The notes under the pieces are model-generated. The model did not search any database, was not told the origin of the DNA, and worked only from the letters and a program-made list of their open reading frames with translations. A program made the position numbers and the translations under genes. A DNA stretch of 63,079 nt, filler included, from Lenisia limosa (taxonomy: Eukaryota > Protista > Breviatea): NCBI GenBank assembly GCA_001655205.1. It is 14 parts of 14 records of this genome, joined end to end, with 100 filler letters (N's around TTAATTAATTAA, not from the genome) between each part and the next. Parts side by side here need not be neighbours in the genome. Positions count along the whole stretch, not along the records: positions 29,391 to 39,413 come from LPNZ01007764.1; positions 39,514 to 42,891 come from LPNZ01005445.1; positions 42,992 to 50,560 come from LPNZ01008115.1; 11 more parts are not named here. One strand, given 5' to 3'. This document shows, piece by piece, positions 36,301-45,827 of the stretch. Every line of letters begins with the position of its first letter. Within the stretch, counting starts at the first letter, position 1.

Positions 36301-39300
36301 CTCGTGGTTGTCTTCCTTTTGTTACTCGGAGTTTTCTGTGAGGAAAACTCCTTGTAAAAAATCAGAACACCACTCCCAGGAAAAAAAAGGGTTTTCTTGT
36401 AGGAAAACCACTATAAAAGAGGAAAAATCCCTACTCCAGTGTTTTCCATTCGAATTCCTCCTCGTTTTTTTCTTCATGGTTGTCTTCCTTTGTTCCTCGG
36501 AGTTTTCTGAGGAAAACACTTATTACTTAAGAAATGAAGCAATTTTTTTGACGCCTGCCTCCTTTTTTTCAACTGAGGCCGTAAACTTGTGTTTTCTGGC
36601 CAGAAATCTCCAGTAAAAAAATAAAAAGAAGAAAACCACTCCCAGGAAAAAAACTCTGGTTTTTCTTTTGAATACTTCATTTGGAAATGACCTTGGTACT
36701 GTTAACTGCTATTTCTTCAGTATATCATATTATATACATATCGATAGATGTATCTGACACTAAAATTTTGGTTGTATCATACTTATTTTGACAAAATCTT
36801 AAGCAATATCAAGTAATATTAAAAANNNNNNNNNNNNNNNNNNNNNNNNNNNNNNNNNNNNNNNNNNNNNNNNNNNNNNNNNNNNNNNNNNNNNNNNNNN
36901 NNNNNNNNNNNNNNNNNNNNNNNNNTCCCCCTGACAGATGGAGAAGTTGACTGCTCAGGTTGCCGAGCTGAGAACACAGTTATCCGAGACCCGGGCCGCG
37001 CTAGAGTCTCTTCAGGACCATGTCAATATGGTATGAACCCATTGTCTAAACTTGGGGTGTTTATATATTTCGGGTCAGAGAGCACTAGTTCTACTGTCAG
37101 TGAATTAAGCTGCTTTGTCATGTCTTTTAGTTATAATGAGATCCAAATATTCATGTTATTGTTATAACAATGGCGAACCTGTTACTTGGACTAACCTCAC
37201 AGACTAACGATCAAAATGCCGAGCTCCAAAGACAAAACGATGAACAGGCGGTGAGCTATAACTCTCCTCCCCCCCNNNNNNNNNNNNNNNNNNNNNNNNN
37301 NNNNNNNNNNNNNNNNNNNNNNNNNNNNNNNNNNNNNNNNNNNNNNNNNNNNNNNNNNNNNNNNNNNNNNNNNNNNNNNNNNNNNNNNNNNNNNNNNNNN
37401 NNNNNNNNNNNNNNNNNATTATTAATACCCATTCTAGGCCGAGATTCTTGGGCTGAATGAGGTAGAGGTTGATCTGCGTTTGGTTATGAAGAAAGAAGAG
37501 GAATCCCTGCAAATGAAGATCGAGGTGAGTATAAGGGAACGAGGCTTCATGATGACCTTTCTTGTCACACTCATGATTGATTTGAGGAAAGAAGCTATAA
37601 GATGAGTTCACCATCATTCACCCCCCCCCCAGAACCTATCGCAAGATCTGCAACAAGCACGCGCCGATATTGCCGAGGACCAAACCACTATTTCCGACCT
37701 GCAGAGCCAGCTGAGTGATAAGGAGGTCGGGAGGGGGGTGATGGAATTGAGTTCTTTGAGGAGTAAGACCTTTTAACGGTCTCAGAAACTAGCGTCGTCT
37801 CTTCGCGTAGAGACAGAGCGGCTACATTCCGAGCGTCAGAGCATGCTTGATGAGAGCCATCAGGTCACTGATCTCGAAAACAGTCACGCGCAGCAGCTGG
37901 AGGACCTGGTGAGAGGGAGATTGCTGAGTTTTGACCTGGTGGGAGGGAGATTGCTGATGAATGACTTGTTTTGAATGGTGTTGGGTTGTCACGTGGACAA
38001 TGCAATCTTCTCAATAACAAGAACGTGTTCGCTGCCATTCACACATCAAACCGTTCCTCTTCTTACGCCCCAGTCGCAGCGTAACGCTACTCTTGAATCC
38101 AGAGTGGCTGAGCTCCAAACGGACCTTCAATCCGAGGTGAGAACATGTACTGTGTTCGCGTCGCTTTTTTTAGAGTTCTCTTTATGTCACCCCACAGAAG
38201 TCAGCCTCGGCCCAAGCCCTTCACCAAGCCGAAACCGTGCTGGAGACACTTAGAGCAGCGCATTTGACAGAGATCCAGACGCTCCGGGATGAGATGACGG
38301 CCCATGCGCAGCAGCATAGCGACGCTGTGCAGATGCTGGACCACCAGTGTCAGCAGGCTATTGACGCGGAGAAGTCCGCTGCTAGCGATTTGTCCGCTCT
38401 CCATGAGCAGCTACACGAGGAAATGGACAGTGTTAAGGCCAGACATGCGGCGGAGAATGCGGCCCTACAGCAGCAGGCAGCCATGGATTTGGCGGTTCAA
38501 GCGGAGACCCATGACAAGGCCTTGTTGGCGAAGAAGCAGGACCATGATAAGGAGATTGCAGATATGGAGCGGCTTATCAGCAGATTGAGTCAACAGCAAA
38601 ACAACGTCCTGAATGACAACCTCCAAGACCGCACTCGGATGGAGGAGGCCCTGAAGGAGGTGCGGATGAGCGTGTTTTATTACGTCAATCTAAAACATTC
38701 ACTGACCATGCAGGCGCATGACACTATTGCTGATAATGCTGCAGAAATACAGAGATTGAAGGTGGGGGGATTGCAGACATGTACATGCAGCACCTATAAT
38801 AGTCTATAGTAGGATCATATTGACATCCTTTTGCTAACGGGATCTGCATTGCGATTAGATCGCATCATGTCCTTTTCTCACCCCCCCCCCCAGAACTTAT
38901 CGCAAGAGCTGCAACAGGCACGCGCCGACATTGCCGAGGCNNNNNNNNNNNNNNNNNNNNNNNNNNNNNNNNNNNNNNNNNNNNNNNNNNNNNNNNNNNN
39001 NNNNNNNNNNNNNNNNNNNNNNNNNNNNNNNNNNNNNNNNNNNNNNNNNNNNNNNNNNNNNNNNNNNNNNNNNNNNNNNNNNNNNNNNNNNNNNNNNNNN
39101 NNNNNTGTGTCTGGATAGCCTCTTACACTATTAGGAAGAAATCCTTGGCCTTCAGGCGATCGAGGAAGACCTGAGGCTGCAGCTGGTTCAGAAGGACAAT
39201 GAACACCAAAGGAAATTAGAAGACGTCACTGTGAGCTGCTCCCCTCTTGTCACTATCACTGCTGTCTTGGCTTCCACACCATGCTCAACACTGATATTGT

Positions 39301-39413
39301 AATATCCAAGTCGACTTTGCTTACACTTTAGGGGGAACTTGAGCAGACCCGTGCGATTGGAGATGACCTTCGCCTCCAGATGTCCCAGAAGGACGCCTTG
39401 GGGCTGCAGGACT
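33339..39413 (+). CDS. Long coiled-coil protein, multi-exon, 3' truncated by contig end; divergent from PSMD3
   Basis: MGDKAAEGRQR|WAEIKRRKEAKKKG...|EKIQYYEDLLKEGPILTEKVNLLERELSFK|MEKLTAQVAELRTQLSETRAALESLQDHVNM|NLSQDLQQARADIAEDQTTISDLQSQLSDKE|KLASSLRVETERLH...|large exon 38198-38657|AIEEDLRLQLVQKD. Many phase-0 introns and heptad-rich E/Q/L composition. Confidence 0.87.
36301..36665. repeat. Degenerate intronic direct repeat (about 170-bp period)
   Basis: tggttgtcttcctt(t)tgtt.ctcggagttttctg(t)gaggaaaac at about 36305 and 36476; accactcccaggaaaaaaa at about 36368 and 36635. Confidence 0.7.
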
Positions 39414-39655
39414 NNNNNNNNNNNNNNNNNNNNNNNNNNNNNNNNNNNNNNNNNNNNTTAATTAATTAANNNNNNNNNNNNNNNNNNNNNNNNNNNNNNN
39501 NNNNNNNNNNNNNACAACCTCTCAAGAGAGCATTGTTTTTTGTTTTGTTTTTTTGTCTTTGTCAGTTTCCCCCCTAACCTCACCAACCCCAACTCATATG
39601 AGGAGGCACCTTTTACCCCTATACACTTTTTGGCAACATCTATTTACCATATTAG

Positions 39656-42600
39656 GCAATCAGACGCCCACTATCTGCGCATTGCTAAAATCGCAATTCT
39701 CGGAGAAATTGCCTCGGAATGCAACTTTGCCGATATTCAGAGGGAACTGAAGTAGGGACATTGGATCCCCGTTAGGGCATTTTCGGATCCGAATCTTCAC
39801 TTTTTTTTTTGCCAAAATATTTACGTGATACATATAGCTACATATCATATAATACATGTTCTGTACAGAGTATATGATTTCATATTAAGCAGTTATTATA
39901 TTGTGTTAAATGCAGGGATACAAGGATATGCAGAAATCACATTAGACTATTGTATATATGCAGCTTGTATAAACATGGCATTTATGAGCAAGTATATACA
40001 TAAAGATACACATAACTTACATTAATAGCGTGTATGCAACTGATGTAAACATCGAACAGGCCCGGGCTGCTGTCTCTGCTATGAACGAGTGGGTATCGGG
40101 ATAATGTTTTCCAATTATTTTGCTAATGATTTGGGGTGAGTACTTTTTTTTTTTCAATTTTACTGTTTTTGTTGTTTTTACTCTCATTTTTCAATAGCAT
40201 TGATCACACATTTTCCAGTTCAGAAGCGACTGGCCNNNNNNNNNNNNNNNNNNNNNNNNNNNNNNNNNNNNNNNNNNNNNNNNNNNNNNNNNNNNNNNNN
40301 NNNNNNNNNNNNNNNNNNNNNNNNGTACCTTTACGCCAATATTCTTCATCGAAACTTCCTTCGTTTTACTCCCCGCGCGCCAAAAATATTGGGATACCTA
40401 GAAATCACCATCATACCCTCCAATCAGAGAAATCTTCAAGATCGTTTCATTGTCTTCTTTTTTCTATTTTTTTCTTTTTTCTATTTTTCTTTTTTTCTTT
40501 TTCAACGCAGAGCATCTCACCAATGGCTGAAATGGCCTCAGCGTAGCACCAGGTCGAAGTCGACGCAAAGCATCTCACCAATGGCTGAAATGGCCTCAGC
40601 GTAGCACCAGGGCGAAGTCGACGCAGAGCATCTCACCAATGGCTAAAATGACCTCAGCGTAGTACCCGACTCGCACATTGAATCGCCTTAGGCGTCGCTG
40701 ACACAGATGTCCTGGCGTTGCAAGGACTGTGCCTTGTTGAGCATCACTAAACATATGTCGGATTTTAACGCCAAGTCACAAAATGAAGAAGAGGACAAAA
40801 AGCATACTGATAACGTTCTGAAGGATGACCTGACGGTCATGTGGACACTTTACCGACAGGTACTCGAGGATGTTGGCAATAGTAGGAATAGAACTATTTG
40901 ATGACGGAAAGGCTCCAAAATCAACAGTGCTAGGATAAATTCTGATAGGACAAAGAAAAGGAAAAGAACTAATATCAATCCGGCTATACCCAAATCATCA
41001 GACGATAGAAAGAACAAGGGAAGAAAGATAATGATCGCTGAAAAATCAATAAAATATCATTGTCAGTAGACTGTATGCACAAGTGAGCGACATCCTTTTC
41101 CGGGGAGAGATTTGATAGGGACGATGTTTGTCAAACAGGGCGGTGTATATCGATACACAGAACAAACAATAATTAATTGCTAATCTCTTTCTGAAAGACT
41201 CTCTATTAACACACTGCTGCATTTCAAACTGTTTTTCTTCTTTTTTCGTTTTTTCATTCTCTCATTTTCTTCTCATTTCGTTTCTTTTTTCTGATTTTCT
41301 TTTTCTTTTCAGTTTTTCTAAATTTCTTCTTTTTCTTTTTCATTTTGTTTTTTCTCAATCCTCTAGACTGCTCTTCCGAAACTCGGATGCCGTACCCGTG
41401 GTTCTCCCCGATGTTGTGGCACTTTTGGAGAGTTCTCAGCCGCACTTGGTGGCCGCCTCAACCCTGGTTGCCGAATGTGGGGGGGGGGGGGGTNNNNNNN
41501 NNNTTAATTTCCCTTCACCAACCCCCTCTCCCCAAGTAATTTTGTGTCTATTCTTGACTGGTTCTTTTTGTTTTTTTCTTATTTTGTTTTTTTTTTCATA
41601 TTATGTTTTGATTTTTTTATTTTCTTCATATTTTAAATTATTGTGTCCTCTTCACTCATTNNNNNNNNNNNNNNNNNNNNNNNNNNNNNNNNNNNNNNNN
41701 NNNNNNNNNNNNNNNNNNNNNNNNNNTCTGCCCATACTCGAACCCCTCGCCGCCTCCATCATCTCGCCCCCCGCCAAGGTAATCTACGGGGTTTTTTATT
41801 TGTTTGTTTGTTTGTTTGTCTGTTGTTGTTGTTAGGATATTAAAACATGACGCTTTTTTTTAGGATATGATATACTATCATATAAAATAATTATATTGAT
41901 GATCAAGAATACCAATATTTATTTATTGTTCTGTAACCTTTTTTAAGATGGAACAACACGAATAACCTTTTTTAAGATGGAACAACACAAATAAACTTTT
42001 TTAAGATGGAAAAACACGAAGATATTATTAGGATAAAACAGCCTTTTTTAGATCATAACAACACGAATAACCTTTTTTAGGATATTACAACACGAATAAA
42101 CTTTTTTAGGCTGCTGTTCTGCGGATTATTGGAGACTTCGGAGAATTCCTTCCCGGCCTGACCTCCTTTGTGAGGGGCTTATTCTGCCCTCTTTGGAGCA
42201 TAACCTGATACTCTGTCCTCTCTGGAACATAACCTGATACTCACTCTGTCCTCTCTGGAGCATAACCTGATAGATTTACTCGTGTGTTACTAGCCAACAG
42301 AGTTATTTTTGGCCTTTTTTTGTTTCTTAAATTGTCCCTTTCACCCAACCCCCCTCCCCAGGTTGAAGAAGCAGTGGATTCATATTTGGAAGAACCGTCA
42401 GCAGATGTGCGCCGCGCCACGCTCAACGCCACTTCTAGATTGTTCTTCAAGGTGGAGTTTTTATGGAGGGGTTATGGTTATATGATGATATATATGTGGG
42501 AAAGGGGTTATACGGTGTACCTCCCTCTTCTATCACTGGTTCGTAACTGTTTGATACTTTGTAACATCTCAGGTCTTTTTCTCTTTCAAAAACAGCTTTT

Positions 42601-42713
42601 TATCCACTTCTATCACACGTCCTTGAGAATATCCGAGTTAACTAACCTGGTAATCTTTCTTCTCATTCCCCCAGAGGCCACCCGAGGTTCAGCACATGTT
42701 GGGTCGTCTTTTG
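39656..42713 (+). CDS. AP4B1: Beta-adaptin, AP-4 complex beta subunit, middle part
   Basis: QSDAHYLRIAKIAILGEIASECNFADIQRELK|...ARAAVSAMNE|LLFRNSDAVPVVLPDVVALLESSQPHLVAASTLVAE|LPILEPLAASIISPPAK|AAVLRIIGDFGEFLPGLTSF|VEEAVDSYLEEPSADVRRATLNATSRLFFK|RPPEVQHMLGRLL. The FFKRPPE...LGRLL segment is characteristic of AP-4 beta. Confidence 0.82.
40505..40662. repeat. 58-bp tandem repeat, about 2.7 copies, in an AP4B intron
   Basis: acgcagagcatctcaccaatggctgaaatggcctcagcgtagcaccaggtcgaagtcg units start at 40505, 40563 and 40621. Confidence 0.92.
41935..42108. repeat. About 30-bp degenerate minisatellite ending at an AP4B acceptor
   Basis: Units of aacctttttt(a)agatggaacaacacgaat; the last T-run plus AG is the acceptor of the AAVLRIIG exon. 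Confidence 0.8.
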
Positions 42714-43118
42714 GTGACGTCTATGGAGGAAGAAAACCAACCCGGTATGTGGGAGTAAAGCTCAGAGCTCGGCACTTGTCAGCTCCCGGGGGGCTTCGGG
42801 TTCCTGGGGAGGTGGTGATTAAAGATTGTTGGCGAGGACGCGTTATTCCATATATCCCCCCTCCTCCCCTCCCCAGAACTATTTTGACTATNNNNNNNNN
42901 NNNNNNNNNNNNNNNNNNNNNNNNNNNNNNNNNNNTTAATTAATTAANNNNNNNNNNNNNNNNNNNNNNNNNNNNNNNNNNNNNNNNNNNNACAAACTTT
43001 ATGAGGGGAGAGGGAGTAGTGTTATGGTGCGACATAAGACAGCTATGTTTGTGGGGAATCGACAAATTTATGTCAAATTCAAACTCAGCATCGGAAGAAA
43101 TGATATTGATCTTTTTAG

Positions 43119-44388
43119 AGCCTCAACAAATCCAACTGCCAAGAAGAGTGAAGCGAAGAAAGATGAGAAGAAAGAAGAGAAATATGATGAAAAGAAGGAG
43201 AAAATCATGAAAGAAGAGTCTGGAGAGAAGAAAGAAGAGAAGGAAAGCAAGCGGGAAAAGGCAGTAGATGAAGAATTTGAAGATGATTTTGAGGATGATT
43301 TTGAGAATGATTCTGATCAGCATAATGATGAAGAAAACGAAGAAGAAAACAAGGAGGAAATCGAAGAAGAAAAGCTGGAAGAAAACGAAGAAAAGCAAGA
43401 AGTAAACGATGAGGAAACTGAAACTGTTGCTCCACCTGAAAGCTCAGAAGGTATGACAGCAATTGTCTTGTTTTGGTGGATCCACACATTAGTTTCTAAT
43501 TTTGTTAGAAAAGGCCCCTTCCCCTGTCATGGGAGTAATTTCCGGAGAGAACGGCTTCGAACTTACTTCCGAGTGGGGGGGGGGGGTCATTATTATTGTT
43601 CAATAGTTGATAATTCTATCATACTTCTTGTGAATAGGCTAAGTATTATATAAAAATCTATCTCTTACTTATAGCGTGATGGCGCAGGCTAAATACAACC
43701 TTTTTTTCTCGAGTTTTTTTTCTCATTTCAATATAGGATAATATGATAGACTTACGTGATGATATGGATGGCTTTGGCCAGATACAGCCTTGTTAGACTT
43801 CTCTCTACACATATTACGGTACATTTTTTTACGTCTACATCATATGTGGATCTTCGCTCATCGGTGTAACACTTGTCAGAATTACAGTTGAGGAAGAGAA
43901 AGAAACGGTCAACGAACGAGAGCCACAGACCCTCCCCCCTCCCATTGCCCCCATTATGCCAGAAGACGCGGAGAGGAAGGCAAGAATCAGGCACAAATTG
44001 GAACATGGCAGTTGGGCTTGGTGTCTGTATGATAAAGATACTAATAATATATGATATAGTATATATATATATATATCATAAACTATATTATATGATATAC
44101 TGTAGAGCTATTATCACTATGTATTTGTCGAAATGCCCAAGAACGATGTTTTTAGACTTCTATTTTTGGGCAATTGCACAATCCTCATTGAAGATATCGA
44201 ATTTTTTCTCTCCGCCCACCCCCCGTCCTAACAATCATCATAAGCCATTTTTATTGAGGATGAGCATTAACCCTTTAGTTGAGGATGATTTTGATGTGGT
44301 CATTGAAAGCGACGGGACAATTCGACACATGACAGAGGAGGAATTGAAGATGCGAAGAGAGAAGAAAGTCAAAATGGCCAAGAAAAAG
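43119..44388 (+). CDS. Acidic/lysine-rich low-complexity protein, internal exons
   Basis: Exon about 43119-43450 KKDEKKEEK...DDFEDDFENDS...EETETVAPPESSE|; exon GITVEEEKETVNEREPQTLPPPIAPIMPEDAERKARIRHKLEHGSWAWC|; exon MSINPLVEDDFDVVIESDGTIRHMTEEELKMRREKKVKMAKKK|. Confidence 0.75.
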
Positions 44389-44516
44389 GTGGGGTGGCTG
44401 GATATGGCCAAGCTAAAAAAGCGGGGTGGCTGGATATGGACAAGCTAAAAAGGGGAATTGCTTGTCCGACCGTTATGAACATCTCTTTCTTCATCGAATT
44501 TGTGGTCACCAACCTC

Positions 44517-45380
44517 TTATTGTTGGTGAATCGATAAAGATTTATAAATTAATAAAGGAAAGCATTTTGTGCTTCCAATGCTAAACGTAGGGTGACATTT
44601 GGCACCATCACGCTGGCACGCTAGAATATCGCTTGTACGTTTAACCGCATCTGATGAGTAGTGCATCGAAACGAAGTGAAACTCAAATAATGATCCATTG
44701 GAATGAATAATATATTCAATTAGTCTGAGTGAATCCCTTGTGTCTATTTGTTTCAAATGAATCTAATCACTACATCATATTTAGACCAAACAAAGGCAAA
44801 ACCGTGATCTAACACCATCCCTATCAAACCATTCTATGGCCAAATGGGCGTCGTCCACCATCAGACACGCTACCCTCCCTTGCAACACGCATTTCACAAG
44901 AAGTCGTACTGTACACAAAGTAGTTCGGCTGCTGAATTGCACACTCCTGGATATCTTCAACAAATGGTTGAAGTTCAACTTTTATTTTGCCGTTGTGTAA
45001 ATAGAACTGCAGTACTCCTTCTTATCAATTACCTTTTCCATTGAAGAGCCTTGTCTTTTGAGTAAACGTAGGCCTGCATTTGCAACTGCTGCGGCCTGTT
45101 TAGTGAGTTTAACTCCATACTAAAACAATAAGAGGAAACTCTTTACGAATAACGAGTTAAGTTGTGACAAGAGTTTGAAGACATCGGTATCAAAGTCTTT
45201 ATCTTCTCCACTCACGAAGGCAAGAGAGGCTTTTAAATATGATTCTACTGACTCAACCGTACGTTCTTTGTTGGCTTCAAACAAGTCGCCCATGAAACCA
45301 AAAAATTCCTCAATGTACCGGAGTCGGCTGGTGACCCACTCCTTTTGAGTTCCTCTCACACCCGAGAAGGCTTTCACCAC
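44517..45380 (-). CDS. Unknown multi-exon gene antisense to flanking plus-strand exons
   Basis: Exon VVKAFSGVRGTQKEWVTSRLRYIEEFFGFMGDLFEANKERTVESVESYLKASLAFVSGEDKDFDTDVFKLLSQLNSLF|gtaaag joins in phase 0 to AAAVANAGLRLLKRQGSSMEK|gtaatt. Confidence 0.65.
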
Positions 45381-45827
45381 CTCCTATTCCGATAATGATA
45401 TAGCTGAAATGAACCGAAATTGGAAGATATCGCGACATTGGAAGATATCGTGTCACACCAATTGGAAGATATAGCGTCACACTAAAAGATCTTTTTACAG
45501 TAAAACAGATTACCACGGGGCACATTTTGATTGTTCGTACTTATAAGTAGAATACTTGTATTCACCAGAACTGTTTTTTGGCCTTCTCATTGTTTCCACA
45601 TTACTCTATCTATTTTTTTATTCACTTTATTCAAAATGAGAGTGGGGCAATTCGGTATTTTCCTTATATCTGTCATCCTACTTTGTTTTATTTCTCATTT
45701 CAACAAACATTTTTTGGAAATGTATTTCTTACTTTATAGTTGGCTTGTTTTACATATATCATCTTCTTAATAAATATTATATGAACTACTTCAATCACCC
45801 ACACCGTCTCAATTAATAACAAATCAG

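Noticed and set aside
43068-43489. Hydrophobic F/L-rich minus-strand ORFs that look like membrane proteins
   Set aside because: They are antisense shadows of the GAA/GAT-rich acidic exon on the plus strand.
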